A stretch of DNA of 63,992 bases, filler included, from Ministeria vibrans ATCC 50519 (GCA_943704425.1; 8 parts of 7 records of this genome joined end to end with filler, not necessarily neighbours in it); one strand, 5' to 3'; shown: positions 36,501-50,300, counted from the first letter of the whole stretch. The notes: generated by a model from the letters alone, not told the origin. Translations and numbers: made by a program.

Positions 36501-36550
<50 letters not shown>
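36250..36550. repeat. Dispersed minisatellite (TCTCTCTATCACTTTGTTTCT)n array ending in (CT)n
   Basis: The same core unit occurs at about 3985, 14330-14480, 31850, 34860, 42710-42955, 43870, 45330-45470 and 52903-53180. Confidence 0.88.
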
Positions 36551-36650
36551 NNNNNNNNNNNNNNNNNNNNNNNNNNNNNNNNNNNNNNNNNNNNTTAATT
36601 AATTAANNNNNNNNNNNNNNNNNNNNNNNNNNNNNNNNNNNNNNNNNNNN

Positions 36651-36870
36651 AGTGCAATGGCTGAGTGAGCACCCTTAATGCAGTCAGACCAGACCAGACA
36701 AGTGCAATGGCTGAGTGAGCACCCTTAATGCAGTCAGACCAGACCAGACAAGTGCAATGGCTGAGTGAGCACCCTTAATGCAGTCAGACCAGACCAGACA
36801 AGTGCAATGCCTGAGTGAGCACCCTTAATGCAGTCAGACCAGACCAGACAAGTGCAATGCCTAAGTGAGT
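36651..36870. repeat. 50-bp tandem repeat, about 4.4 copies, cut by the contig start
   Basis: AGTGCAATGGCTGAGTGAGCACCCTTAATGCAGTCAGACCAGACCAGACA repeated head to tail. Confidence 0.95.
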
Positions 36871-37545
36871 GTACCAGACCAACACAACTCACTGCAAACT
36901 TCCATGGTGAGAAAAAACAACGCTACAGTGTAGATGGGAAGGCAGCGACCCCACAAAACAGAGCCAGGTACGTCTGACAAGGCACTTGGGGCACATGCTG
37001 AGGACTGTGGCGGTAGAGTGGAGTCGGGCGAGGTCACAGAAAAGTGTAGTCAGACATAGTTTGACTCATATGGCCCGAGTCATCGCCAAGCGCATGGGGT
37101 GTGCTGAGCTCAGCAGAGGAGATCGGGGATACCGTACGGCGTGCTTGGTGAACAATATTATCATATAACTAACGAAAATGATAAATTGGGAATGTCAACT
37201 GTTAATCATAAAGATCAACTCGCACTTACACAACACGCCAACTCATCCCTCTCGCACTGCATGGACTCCCCCTCCCCCCTCCATACGAACAGTCTCCACA
37301 CCACATTATTCACATACGATCATCCTCCCCCGCATCCATACGCAATTCCCAGACGAGTGCGAGCCCAACAGAGAGAGAGAGACCCACACAAATCACCCAC
37401 TTCGCGTGTGTCGCGTCGGCCAATGAAACACCACGTTTCCCCTCACACTCCCTCTGATCGCCATTGTGTCACTCCTCACTCCTCACTCTTTTGTTTTTGT
37501 GTCTCTCCACTCCCCCCGCCCCGCCCCCCCTCGCCTCTGCACCCT

Positions 37546-37996
37546 ATGATTGGATCTGTGTCGGACGCGCGTGAGTTGCTCGCGATCGCATCGACCACGC
37601 AACTGCTCGTTGCCTCTCTCGCCGCCATGCTCGGCGCAATCCTGCTCAGGAGCCAGGTACACACCCCCACACCCACACTCCTCCTCATCGTGCCGCCCTC
37701 TTTCTCTCTCTCTCTCTCTGTCTGTTGTGCTGATGGCGTTGCATTCAAAAATATCCCTTACTCAACTCACTCGTGTTTTCGTGTTTCGCTCTTCCTTTGC
37801 GCAGTGGCCGTCGCTCTACCTGGACTACCAGCTCCGGAGCATCCCCAAGATCAAAGGGTCCCTCCCCTTCTTCGGGCACGCCTTGAAGCTCGCGAATAGC
37901 TGTCCGTGGACCAAATTTGAGGACTGGGCCAAGTCCAACGACGGCAAAGTATGTTCGCACTCACTCTCCCACTTCCACTCATATAACATGCGTCTC

Positions 37997-38030
<34 letters not shown>

Positions 38031-38213
38031 TGTATCTTTGTCTCCAGATGGTCCGCATGCAAGTGTTTGACAAGGTTGGAGTCATTCTGGCCAAACCGTC
38101 ACAACTCGGACATGGTACAACACACACAGTGTGAGTGTGCGCCTTCATCATCATTCTCAACTGTTGTCTTTATGCATGTAGTCTTCAACAAGAGACAGCT
38201 CAACTACGCAAAG
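37546..38213 (+). CDS. Cytochrome P450, 5' exons only
   Basis: Hydrophobic N-terminal anchor, Pro hinge IPKIKGSLPFFGHAL, then FEDWAKSNDGK|MVRMQVFDKVGVILAKP, typical of microsomal P450 N-termini. The heme motif lies beyond the contig end. Confidence 0.75.
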
Positions 38214-38220
38214 GTAAGTG

Positions 38221-38284
<64 letters not shown>

Positions 38285-38448
38285 NNNNNNNNNNNNNNNN
38301 NNNNNNNNNNNNNNNNNNNNNNNNNNNNTTAATTAATTAANNNNNNNNNNNNNNNNNNNNNNNNNNNNNNNNNNNNNNNNNNNNAATAAACTATTATCCC
38401 ATGTTAAATTTAATTTTATTATTTTTATTTTATTGTTTCTCTTTGTAT

Positions 38449-39472
38449 ATGGGACTCCTCTCTGCTCTCACGTCGTGGCTTCGAGCCAAAAAGAGAAAGG
38501 TTCTTCAGCTTGCTCTCTTCTTCCAAAGTTGCAATGTTGCCACGCAACGGAATGTCATTTCCTGCTCCAATTTGTGTATTCATGTCCTGTCATGGGCACG
38601 TATTGCGCCACTCGGCTGTCTGGGAGACACGGAGAGTCTTCTTGACGCGTTCGTGACGTTTTTCTTTTCGTCTTGAAAGAATCATAATAATATTATTAAT
38701 TTGAGATTGTCATTTTGACTTCTTTTTTTTTTTTTTTGTCGTATGTGCTTTTTCTGCAGGTTACCGTGCTGTGCGTGGGGTTGGACAACAGCGGGAAGTC
38801 GACAGTGATCAACTGGCTCAAGGATGACAAGTCGCAGGCGACGGACATTGTGCCTACGGTGGGCTTTTCCGTCGAGCAGTTCAAGTCAAACGCCCTGTCA
38901 TTCACTGTCTTTGACATGAGTGGACAGGGACGCTACAGAACGCTCTGGGAGCATTACTATGCCGAGTGTGAGGCTATCATCTTTGTCATTGACAGGTATG
39001 CTGTGGAGGAAACACAAGCAAGCGATTTATTTAACGTTGTGTGTGTGTGTGTGTGTGTGTGCAGTGCCGATCGGTTACGCAGTGTGGTTGTTAAGGATGA
39101 ACTTGAGACTTTGCTTCACCATGCAGGTATCCTGTAACACTCATGATAGATTGGGTGCAGTATTATCACTATTATTTTGATATTAATTTTATTATTATAT
39201 TGTGTTAGACATTGCTGAGCGACGCATTCCCGTTCTGGTGCTTTCCAACAAGATCGATTTGCCAGAGAGCATGTCGGCCGTTGAGTGGACAACACTCTTG
39301 GAGTTGAGCAAGACAAAGAACAAGCCGTGGAGAATCGCGTATGAAATTACACATATTAATTATTATGATTATTGCTGATCATCGTTCTGTACATAGTGCT
39401 ACAAATGCGCTCACCGGAGAGGGTCTTTCAGAGGGAGTTGAGTGGCTCAGCGATCAATTGAGAACCAAATAA
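38449..39472 (+). CDS. ARL6: ARF-like GTPase ARL6 (BBS3), 5 exons
   Basis: MGLL N-terminus, [56 protein letters not shown]. Confidence 0.93.
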
Positions 39473-39698
39473 GAGAGAGAGAAAAACTTGTTCATAATTA
39501 CACACATTACTTCATCTACTTAGGACCTCCATTTTAATACAAAAATTAATAATAATAATAATAATAAAAATAAAATAATTATTGATAATAATTACAACGT
39601 TGATACGAACAGCTTGGAACCACGTCGACATTTTTTTTTATTTACTCTCATTAAAGCAGTTTTTGAGCTTATTTGACTTGTCTGTCTTATTTTTTACT

Positions 39699-40733
39699 TC
39701 ACGTCATGTCAAAATCACAGACGAGCCCAAAATGATCTGAGGGAAAGAGCCATTGGAGGGGATCGTCACCGTGCCAGTTGCGCCCGAGCAGCTCACCGAG
39801 ACCGAGGAAGAGCAATGAGAAGATGGTGAGGTTGGTGCGACAACGAGTGGCGTCGACGGGGCGGTGGGCCCAGAGACGCGCGTTGGAGGGAGTTATAAGA
39901 GAAGAGGAGCGCGATGGAGAGGTGTGGTCGCCGGCGTTGCTGAGGAGGATGCGATCAAGACGCATCTCGCGACGCTCTATGCCTGCGTAGATGCGCTGCA
40001 CGAGAGTGTTGACAGTTGCGTTCCACGTGGGCGTTTCGTCGTCCGGGTGGACATCTGTCCATGTGTCGGTGTACCCGGCGGGGATAAGGCTGCTCTCCCA
40101 CACGTGGTGGAAGTTGAGATCGCCCAGGAGCACAGTGGCCGTCGCATGTGTATCGTCACGGATCTGGTTGAGCGCATCGTTGAGGTAGGTAATTTGGCGT
40201 TCGCGCGAGCGCCAGTTCTTGTCGCGTGCCACCAAGTGAACCGAGCACACAAGAAGATTGTGTTGGGCGAGCAGTGGTACAACGGCGGCGCGACCGAGCG
40301 TGTGCACGTTTACCCGCATGAGCTCACGTAGGGCGGCACTGTGTTGTCGACCAATAACAAAGTTGCCAAAGGTTCGACTGCACGACGTGGCCTCCTCCGG
40401 TTCGTCGCTCGCCCAGAAGTCCTCTTGGACCCAGGGTTGGGCGAGGATCATTCGGATGAACGTGGGCGTGGCCTCGTTGAAGCAGATGACGTCGGCATCC
40501 AGCTCGGCCGCCTCGCGACAGATGCTCGCGTAGCGCATCTCAGCGTGTGCCACGTTTGCTCGGAACACCGTACCATTAGAGTAGCGATCAAAGAGCACGT
40601 TGAGCGTTGCAATGCGAATATGGGTCATGCTTGTGGTACAGGTGACATTTGAGCCTGCGACCTTCCATTGCTGCGACTCCTTCTCGAAGCAGTACGATCG
40701 CTGATCGCGGTAGACAGTGAACATGCGAGACAT
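39699..40733 (-). CDS. Endonuclease/exonuclease/phosphatase (EEP, TDP2-like) protein, intronless
   Basis: IATLNVLF, DADVICFNE, SVHL, LLGDLNF, GYTDTW, RLDRIL, PSDHFGL. Confidence 0.85.
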   Translation of the reverse strand: MSRMFTVYRDQRSYCFEKESQQWKVAGSNVTCTTSMTHIRIATLNVLFDRYSNGTVFRANVAHAEMRYASICREAAELDADVICFNEATPTFIRMILAQPWVQEDFWASDEPEEATSCSRTFGNFVIGRQHSAALRELMRVNVHTLGRAAVVPLLAQHNLLVCSVHLVARDKNWRSRERQITYLNDALNQIRDDTHATATVLLGDLNFHHVWESSLIPAGYTDTWTDVHPDDETPTWNATVNTLVQRIYAGIERREMRLDRILLSNAGDHTSPSRSSSLITPSNARLWAHRPVDATRCRTNLTIFSLLFLGLGELLGRNWHGDDPLQWLFPSDHFGLVCDFDMT

Positions 40734-41108
40734 ATGGAATTATGGATGAGGGATAAGTGAAGGACGAGAGGGAGAGAGAGAGAGAGAAAAAAGTGTGAAT
40801 CGGGGAGATTTCGTCGTGGCACTCACATTCGCCTTCATTTGTTTGTGTTTGGGCCAATTCATTTTCAGTTGGATCAAATGCGTAGCGGGAAAGAAAAAGC
40901 ACCACGGAATGACGTCTCCAAAAACATAATACTGCATGACTCATAAGCCATAAGTCATACCAAAGGAAGGAGCTTGTTGAATATGCGTCGTGAGTCGCGA
41001 GTGGGTGTCCAGGAGAAAATTCATTTTTGGTTGATCAATATATTGAAGAATCAGTCTGAACCCTTCAGCATTCTTTTTTCTTGGCAATAGGCGTACCTTC
41101 GCTCTGAT

Positions 41109-42675
41109 ATGATGGGCAAGGTGTCGAAACAGGCGTCGCAGTCGGCGGTGCCGTCGAAAGCGAAACAGGCGAGCATTTCGAGGTTTTTTGCAAAAGCCGC
41201 GCCAAAGGCGCCAAACCCCAGTGCGCCTGTTGCGGCCGCTGCAGCCGCCATTGTTGTTCTTGACGATGTAAGTGTTGGGTGGGTGTGTTCCTGGTGTTGC
41301 GCGCACACTCACGTTCTCTTTGTAAACTGCGCGTAGGAGCCAAGCGTGAAAGCGCGCGAAGAGCCAAAAGTGAATGAGACGAAGCGAGTGCGCAAGAATG
41401 CTCTACCGGCACCCAAACGTCGACGGGTGGTCGATAGCAGTGATGGAGAGCAAGAGGATGAGGGAGAGCACGAGGAGAAAGAGGACTCGGATGACTCAGA
41501 CGGCGACGAGTTTGTGCCGAGTCATGACGACGATGATGACGATGGCCTTGATGATGATGATGATGATGATGACTTTGACGAGGGTGACCGTGAAGTGGCC
41601 GATACAGCAGGGTCGTCGTCTCGACGCCGCAAGATCCCTGTGGCAAAGAGGCCCTCGAAGAAGCGGAATGCCAGAGCTGCACTGAGCTCAACATCAGCCA
41701 CCACAACAACAACACCGACGACGACGACATCAACAAGTACGGCTTCCATCACGACGACCCCTGCGGAATCACCTGCCAAAAAGGCCAAAACAACACCCAT
41801 ACTTCCCGTACCTCCCTCACCATCGCCATCAACGGCAGCCATCGCGGCCGTGTCAGCGACCTTTTCCGCTCCTCGCAAGTCACCCCCCAAAAAGGCTCCC
41901 TCTCGCTCGTCCAAGGCCAAAATTGGCGGCATCAAGTACACCGCACTCGAACAACAGTACTTGGGCTTTAAAGAGGAGTGTCCCGACGCAGTCCTTTTTG
42001 TCGAGTGTGGCTACCGCTACAAATTTTTCGGTGATGATGCATCGGTAAGGCCCACACCATTTGTGCGTCTCCTTTTAAATTTCATTTTTGTTTTCTCTTT
42101 CAGATTGCCTCACGCGAGCTCAACATTATGGCGTTTCCATCGGGGAACTTCTTGAATGCTTCGGTGCCGACCCACCGGCTGTCGGTGCACGTGCGGCGTC
42201 TGGTGAATCTTGGATACAAGGTGGGAGTGGTGCGGCAGACGGAGACGGCGGCGACCAAGAGCGAGGGGGATACCAAGAGCCAGGTGTTTGAGCGACGCCT
42301 CACCGACCTGTACACCAAAGCAACGCTGGTGGGCGAGCAGTTTGCGGCACTGAGCAGTAGCAGTAGTGATGGCAGTGACGCGACTGATGAGACGGCGTAC
42401 GAAGAGGCCGGATACCTTATGTGTCTTACTGAGACGGTAACAGACGCGGATGCAGACCGAGTGCACTTGGGAATGGTTGCAGTGTGTCCATCGACTGGCG
42501 CCATTGTTCACGACGCCTTTGATGATACTGTCGCACGTGCTGAACTTGCCACGCGCATCACTCACTTGCAGCCCGTTGAGTTGCTCATCCCAATGGAACT
42601 TAGTGCTCGCTCAGAGTCCTTTCTGCGTCGCATTCAGTCCTCTTCCATTGATCGTGAACATCAGGTGACAGACAG

Positions 42676-42712
<37 letters not shown>

Positions 42713-45700
42713 GGGAAAGAAACAAAGTGATAGAGAGAGAGGAGAAAGAAACAAAGTGATAGAGAGAGGAGGGGAAAGAAACAAAGTGATAGAGAGAGAG
42801 GAGGGGAAAGAAACAAAGTGATAGAGAGAGAGGAGGGGAAAGAAACAAAGTGATAGAGAGAGAGGAGGGGAAAGAAACAAAGTGATAGAGAGAGAGGAGG
42901 AGAAAGAAACAAAGTGATAGAGAGAGAGGAGAAAGAAACAAAGTGATAGAGAGAGGGAAAGAGGAAGAGTGACAGGAAATTGTGTCATCTAACGGAATGT
43001 GTATGAATGTGTGTTGCAGATTCGCATTGAGCGACTTCCTGAACCAATGGTTGATCCGTCAACGGCAGTGCAACGTCTCACAGAGTTTTGTGAGAATGGT
43101 ATGCAGCAACCAAAAAACGAGTGGCTGTGAAGCTGGGGTTTGTTTTCTTTTAGGGGAGCATCTTCAGACGATTCTGGGACTGCCGTCGTCGACGTCAACG
43201 TGTTTTGCAGCAGTTGCGAGCCATTTAGAAGTGTTTGGACTGTCCCGACTGTTGCAAATGGGTCGTGGCTCACTCGAAGCGTTCCAGTCTGTACACCGTG
43301 CACACATGATTCTTCCGGGCACTACCGTGACCAATCTTGAGCTTCTGGCTAACACAACAGACCAGTCGCGGAGTGCCTCACTACTCTCTGTTGTCGATCG
43401 CACTGCCACTGCGCCCGGTCGACGTCTCCTGCGTTCCTGGCTGCTCCATCCGCTCACAAGTCCTACTGCAATTGCAGCGCGTCAGGACGCAGTTCACGCC
43501 CTCAACTCACTTACATCCGAACACGCGCGACTGCGCACTCTCCTCTCCAAAATCCCCGATCTTGATCGTGCCCTCGCGCGTGTTTACTACCGAAAGGTGC
43601 AAGAAAAGTGCCTCGAAGTTTGTTTTTGAACACTATAATGTTTGTGTGTAGTGCTCTCCGACTGAGTTTATGGCACTTCTTCGTGCGTTTCAGTCGCTGA
43701 CGGAAGAGTTTCAACGGGCGCGCGCAAACACGTTCGCCGGTGTGCTTGAGGGCTCACCATTGCTTGCTCAGACCATTGCGACTCTCTCACAGGGTACTGA
43801 AGCGACTGGTAAAGACTACAAAAAAACGTGGTGTCTGGTGTCCATGTCCATTGGAGTGGGCAAGGGAGAGAGAAAGAAACAAAGTGAAGGGAGAAAGAAC
43901 AAAGTAGTGATACACACCGAGAGAGAAGGGAGAAGGAACAAAGTGATAGAGATAAAATTGAGTTGAAAAATCTTCTTAGAGGGAATGTTGAATGCACTCA
44001 ATGCGGATGCGGCTCGAACGGGCGACAAGAAGAACATGTTTACAAACCTGGAAGACTATCCTAACATTGCAGAGGGGAAGAATGTAAGAAAAGTGGCACG
44101 GACGATTGAAAAGAAGTCAGTCCAACTTAGTATATTTTTAATAGCGTGAACGAGAGATTCTCAGTGACTTAGAGGAGCATTTGCAAGAGTTGCGGGTGCA
44201 ATTGGAGATGCCCACTCTCGAGTATAAGTCAGTGTCGGAAAAGGACGTAAGAGATCATGACGAATGATTATATTATGTCACAGCTTCACACAATAGTGTA
44301 ATTAATACTGTCTAATGGATCCTATTTTTTTTTTGCAGTATTTGCTTGAAATTCCGATCAAGAATCGAAATCGAGTACCGCGCGACTTTGAGACGATCAA
44401 TTCAACAAAGGCATTTGTGCGGTTTCGCAGTCCCAAGACGATAGCGCTGATGCACACACTGGCTGTGGTGCGGGAGGAGCTGGAGAAGGAAGGGCAGGAG
44501 GCATGGACGTTGTTGCTAGGGTGAGAGATTGTGCGAGAGTATTTGAATGAGTTTGCAAGTTGCGTGTATGTGAATGAGTTGTGCGAAAGAGTTGTGTATG
44601 TACATGTGTGTATGTGGAAATTCAACTGTCCGTAATTTCTTTCTTTATTATAGTGAGTTTGCGATGCACTATGATGAGTATCGCGACCATGTGACGGCCC
44701 TATCAACCTTTGACTGTCTTCTGTCCCTGTCCCTCCTTGCTGAACAAGTACGAAAAAAAAAAGCAAAATGTGAATGTGCAGCTCATATTTCTTTTTTTTT
44801 ATGCGCTTGACAGACTGGATACGTACGACCGACCGTGGCACAATCTAGCTCAGCGTCGGCACACATTGTGTGTCGCAAGGCCCGTCATCCGATGGTTGAT
44901 GCGGCACTCCAGGACCGCTTTGTGCCGAACGACGTGCGACTGCATTCCACCAGTGCGACTGAGACAGACACAGAGAATGTGCGTGGCGGTGAGAGTGAGC
45001 TTAAACGTGCGCTGGTGGTGACGGGGCCCAATATGGGTGGCAAATCGTGCTATATACGTCAAGTGGCACTCATTGCGATTATGGCTCAGGTATCAAAAAT
45101 GGGAACCCTGTTGCAATTTTGTTTGAAAACGACTACAATTAGATGGGCTCGTGGGTTCCTTGTGAGTCGTGTGAAATTGGAGTGCTTGACGGGATTTTTA
45201 CACGGTACGAGTGAGAGAGAATGAGGGAGTGAATGGGAAAGCGCGAATGGGTGTTGTCGTGAGTATGAATGGTTATTGAGTATTTTTTAGTATTGTGTGA
45301 TTAGTGACTGAGTGTGATTAAATCTTTCTCTCTCTCTATCACTTTCTTTCTCTCACTTTTTTCTTTCTCTCTCTATCACTTTGTTTCTTTCTCTCTCTTT
45401 ATCAATTTCTTTCTTTCTCTCTCTCTATCACTTTGTTTCTTTCTCTCTCTCTCTCTATCACTTTGTTTCTTTTTTTTTCTCTCTCTCTTCCTCTCTCTCT
45501 CTCCCTCCCTCCCTCTCTTTCTCTCTCTGTAGCATGGGTGCAGCAGATGAGATGACAAGCGGAAGCAGTACATTTATGGTGGAAATGCGAGTAAGACCAT
45601 ATCTTGTTCTTGTGCTGCAGCAACAATGTTCTTCTCACGCGGTTTGCATAGGAAACGAGTGAGATTCTGAAGCGAGCGAGTGAACGATCACTGGTGATAT

Positions 45701-46191
45701 TGGACGAGCTTGGACGCGGCACGAGCACGCACGATGGGGTTGCCATTGCGTATGCGACACTGCGGCACGTGGTTGAGCGAGTGGGGTGTCTAGCGCTGTT
45801 TGTGACGCACTATCCAGTGTTGGGGGAGCTTGAGGCGCGTCATCCACAGCTCATCGGCAATTACCACATGGCGTTTATGGAGAATCGAAATGCGAGTTCG
45901 GACGAGAAGCACGATGATGATGCGGGAGCACAACACAGCATTACGTTTCTGTATCAACTCACGCGTGGCACGGCGAGTCGCTCGTACGGACTCAATGTGG
46001 CGCGTCTCGCCGCTGTGCCTGACTCAGTCATCCACCGTGCCGCGCAAAAGTCCCGTGCCCTTGAGTCGCAGGTGACCGCGCGTGGTGGGCTCTCCGAGAC
46101 CCATCGTCATTTGGCACAACGTCTCGTGGCGGAAGAATCTCTCACTGCGAGTACAGCACGCGCCGTCATTGTACGTCTCACGCAGGAGTAA
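41109..46191 (+). CDS. MSH3: DNA mismatch repair protein MSH3, multi-exon
   Basis: PIP box [31 protein letters not shown] (MSH3-type), [14 protein letters not shown], Walker [38 protein letters not shown]. Confidence 0.95.
42668..42960. repeat. Intronic (GA)n plus GAAAGAAACAAAGTGATAGAGAGA minisatellite array
   Basis: Multiple tandem units inside an MSH3 intron. Confidence 0.9.
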
Positions 46192-47241
46192 ACAACGATT
46201 TTTTTTATTAATAGTCAAAGTTCAAACGCACTTGCTCCGCCCGTTAATAACAGACGGACTGACACTTTTTGGGAAAAAGTCTCCATTTGAATACCAAAAA
46301 GTGAATTAGGAGAAAGCGCGAGCGCGCCAGTACATACCAATAAGACAATAAGAGTCGAGAGCTGCACTCAATGTCAAAACAAACAAGACAATATTATTTT
46401 ATAATATTATAAACTTCTAAACGAAATATCGCGAGAGAACCCATAGACTATACAGAATAAAGCAATGAGAATAATGTACTAATATGAGTAATAATAATTA
46501 CAAGTCGAAGAACCATTTCCGTAATAATCCTTTGTTTCATTATTGTTTGACATTGAGTGCCACTCTCTCTTTTGTTTTGAGTTTCGTAACTTTCATTTTG
46601 GACATAAACATTTTCAATAATCAATATTCTTTCTCTAACCCACCCACGTAAGCGCTATATTGCCACCCATCAATTTCGCTCTTGACAAGCGCTCTTATCT
46701 CTTGATCTCTGATTGTTCAGTACTTTCGTATTTTTTTCTCGGGAGTTTGACGCTTTTTTTTTTCGTCTCTCTCTCCAAACGAAAACAGACCAAATTTCGC
46801 CATTGCGCCTACTCCTACCTTTACCTCACCAAGTATTTCTTGTGCCAGTCTCGTCTTCTCGGCGGGGCTCAGTCAATTTCTTTGTGTGACCGTTTTTTTC
46901 GCTTTTTTGTTTTCTCCCTTTTTCTTTTCGTTTCTTTTTCTCTCTCTCTGCTCTCTCTCTCGCTCCACCAAAAACCCCGCCACCCCCATCGCCCTGTTAA
47001 AATCCTGTGTCTCAAGACGTACTACCAATCTGGACGCGACGCCTCACCTCTTAACGCTCTCTCTCTCTTCCTTTGTTTTCTTTTGTCTCTCTCTCTCTCC
47101 CAAACTCTCTCTCTCTCTTCAGCCACACACACACCCTCACCACGTTTTCATCTCATGTACACCAACTCCTTCAACAACATACACCCCTCCCACCGACCGC
47201 CTTTCGGAGTCTCAACAGTTTTTTTTGTCGCTAAAAACCTG

Positions 47242-47288
<47 letters not shown>

Positions 47289-47316
47289 NNNNNNNNNNTT
47301 TTTTTTTAGCGAAAAG

Positions 47317-50300
47317 ATGCGCGTCACTCTCAGCGTTCTCCTTTCCTTGGTGCTTCTCCCCCTCCTGACTGACGCTGCCTGCCTGAACCTCGATCCAAAC
47401 GGCAACTGCATTGTGCCGGCTGTGATCCCACCCGAGCCGGCCAGGGCGTCGTGGTGCTCGGCCGGCACGTACGGCGGCGTGTGCACTGCCGAGTGCACCA
47501 ATTGTGCCTCGGTGACCTGCACCGTCGACGGTAACTGCGTCGGCTACACGGAGACTGCCGCTGGAGCCCCCGCACTCCATTGTACTCCTGGATCCTACGG
47601 CGCCGACTGCCAGTCAGTGTGCCCATCCACCTGTGTGCAGGGCTGCACAGGCGCTGGTCTCTGTGTCGGCTTCGACCAGAGTGCAAACAACCAGGCGGCG
47701 AAGCACTGCACCAACGGCTACTTTGGCGACAGTTGTGCCTACCACTGTCCGTCCAACTGCGCCAAGGAAACATGCACCGTTGGGGGTCAGTGTCTCGGCT
47801 TTGACGCGCCGCAACAGCTCGAATCAGCGTCGCACTGTCAAGCGGGCTACTTTGGTGACTATTGTGGAAATGCGTGCCCCAGTGGCTGTGCCACGAGCGC
47901 ATGCACTGCCGTTGGCTTTTGCATTGGCTACCAACTGGGAGATGTGACGCAGGCTGCGTCGCACTGTATGGCTGGACAGTATGGCGATGATTGCTCGCAG
48001 ACGTGCTCGTCCAACTGTGCGAACGGTTGCACCACGTCGGGAGGCCGTTGCGTTGGCTTCAATGTACCGGCTGCCAACGAAGCTGCCTCCCACTGCAAGC
48101 CAGGTTTCACCGGTGACCAATGCACTGCGACGTGTCCCGAAAACTGCGCGCAAAAGGCCTGTACGGTCGATGGTCAGTGCATCGGTTTTGACGCGCACGA
48201 TTTTGAGTCGAACGCTGATCACTGCGAAACAGGCTACTTTGGTGATTTTTGTGACAAGGGCTGTCCGGATGGCTGCAAAAGTGCCGGCTGCAACATGGGC
48301 GGCTATTGCAACGGGTACCAGCATGGGAATGCCATGGCGGTCGCGGCTCATTGCAAAACGGGTCTGTTTGGCGAGAGTTGCGCTCAAGACTGTCCGGCGC
48401 ACTGTGCTCAGGCGGGCTGCACCACCACAGGGCGCTGTGTGGGCTTTGACAAGGTTATGTTCAATGCAACGGCCGCGCACTGTGTGGCTGGGTTCTTTGA
48501 TGATACGTGTAGCACGCCGTGTCCGAGCAACTGCGCGAGCAACGACTGTGCGGGCGACGGCCAGTGTATTGGATTTGATCAGGAGAGCTTTGAGTCAGCG
48601 GCGAGTCACTGCCAGCCGGGCTTTTTTGGAGACTTTTGCGACAATCTGTGTCCCGAAAACTGTGCCACGATCACCTGCACTGTGGGCGGCGTTTGCATTG
48701 GTTTTGAGCTGAAGAACGCGCTGGAGGCGGCGTCACACTGCAAGGCGGGCTTCTTTGCCGACGACTGCTCTGCCAGTTGTCCTGCCAACTGCGCCGCGCT
48801 CGGCTGCACCACGACGGGACGCTGTCTCGGCTACGATCAGCCAGACTTTCGCGAGCCTGCAAACCACTGCCAGGCGGGCTGGTGGGGCGAACACTGTGAC
48901 AATGGGTGTCCTTCGGCGTGTTCGCGCACTGACTGCACTAGCGGCGGTTTCTGCGTGGGCTACGACGAAAACGTACTTGGCGCCGCCGCGAGTCACTGCC
49001 AGGCGGGCTCGTGGGGTACGCAGTGTGAAAACTCATGTGGCTGCAGCACCTGCCTTGTGGGTGGCTGGTGCTCGGACTATGCCGATCCTCCGTCGGCCTG
49101 TGCCGATCCGACCAAGTGGGGCGAGCAATGCGACAAGGGATGCAACACACGCTGTGTGCACGGCTGCACTGTCTCGGGCAACTGCAACGGCTACCTTGCG
49201 TTGACGCCTGTTTCTCAGGCGACTCATTGTCAACCGGGATGGTTTGGCAATGCGTGCAATCACGGCTGTACGTCGGCATGCACGGCGGGCACTTGTGACG
49301 TGCTGGGCAACTGCCCTGGCTATGCGACCGCGACAGCCGTGGATCCAGCAAGCTTTTGCAACAACCACGGCTGGTCGATTGCCTGCCAAAATGGCTGCTC
49401 GGGCGGCTGTGGCGGCGAGTACTGCGGCATGAATGGCAACTGCGTTGGCTATCAGCTGCTCACGTCCACCGACAATGTCAAGGGCGTGTGCTTGGGCAAT
49501 GAGAACATGTTTGGCGACGCCTGCCAGTACGGCTGCTCGGCCGGCTGTGCTTCGGGCCAGTGTGATCGTTCAGGCAACTGCCCAGGGTATTCAAAGCTGC
49601 GCGTGGTAGACAAGACGACGCACTGTCAGGTGGGCATGTTTGGAAAGGCGTGTAGCCACGGGTGCACCAACAACTGCGCCGCGGACGGGTGTGTGGTCAA
49701 CGGCAACTGCTACGGCTACGAGACGCGCACTTCGATTGCACCCGCGTCGCACTGTGCCTTCCGCAACTTTGGCGACGCCTGTCAGCACGGCTGCTCCACA
49801 ACCTGTCTCAACCAGACGTATTGTGGCGCGCGCGGCAACTGCATTGGCTTTCAGTTGCTCACGTCAGTCGCGTCCAATGACCAGGTGTGTCGCACGCACA
49901 GCTTTGGGGACGCCTGTCAACATGGCTGCTCGGGCGGCTGCGCGCGCACTTGCGACCGTCTGGGCAACTGTCCCGGCTACGCGACGCTCACGCCCGTCTC
50001 AAAAACCTCCCACTGTAAGACCGGCTCGTTTGGCCCCGCCTGTCAGTGGGGCTGCACGACAGCGTGCTCGAGCGACGGCTGTGTGGTCAACGGCAACTGT
50101 TATGGCTACGAGCGGCTGAAGTCGACCGATCCGGCTTCGCACTGCTTGGGAGGCTTTGGCGACGCCTGTCAGCATGGCTGCTCGACGACCTGTCGCAGCA
50201 GCAAGTATTGTGGCTACTTTGGCAACTGTGTTGGCTTTGAGAAGCTCACATCGACCACATCGTCGAATGCTACGTGCGTCGGCACCATGTTTGGCGACGC

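Noticed and set aside
36651-36870. CRISPR array
   Set aside because: Units are contiguous with no unique spacers, there are no cas genes, and the DNA is eukaryotic.
46660-47316. N-terminal 219 aa of the 1430-aa ORF
   Set aside because: Low-complexity CT/T-rich sequence spanning an N gap; the signal peptide starts at ATG 47317.
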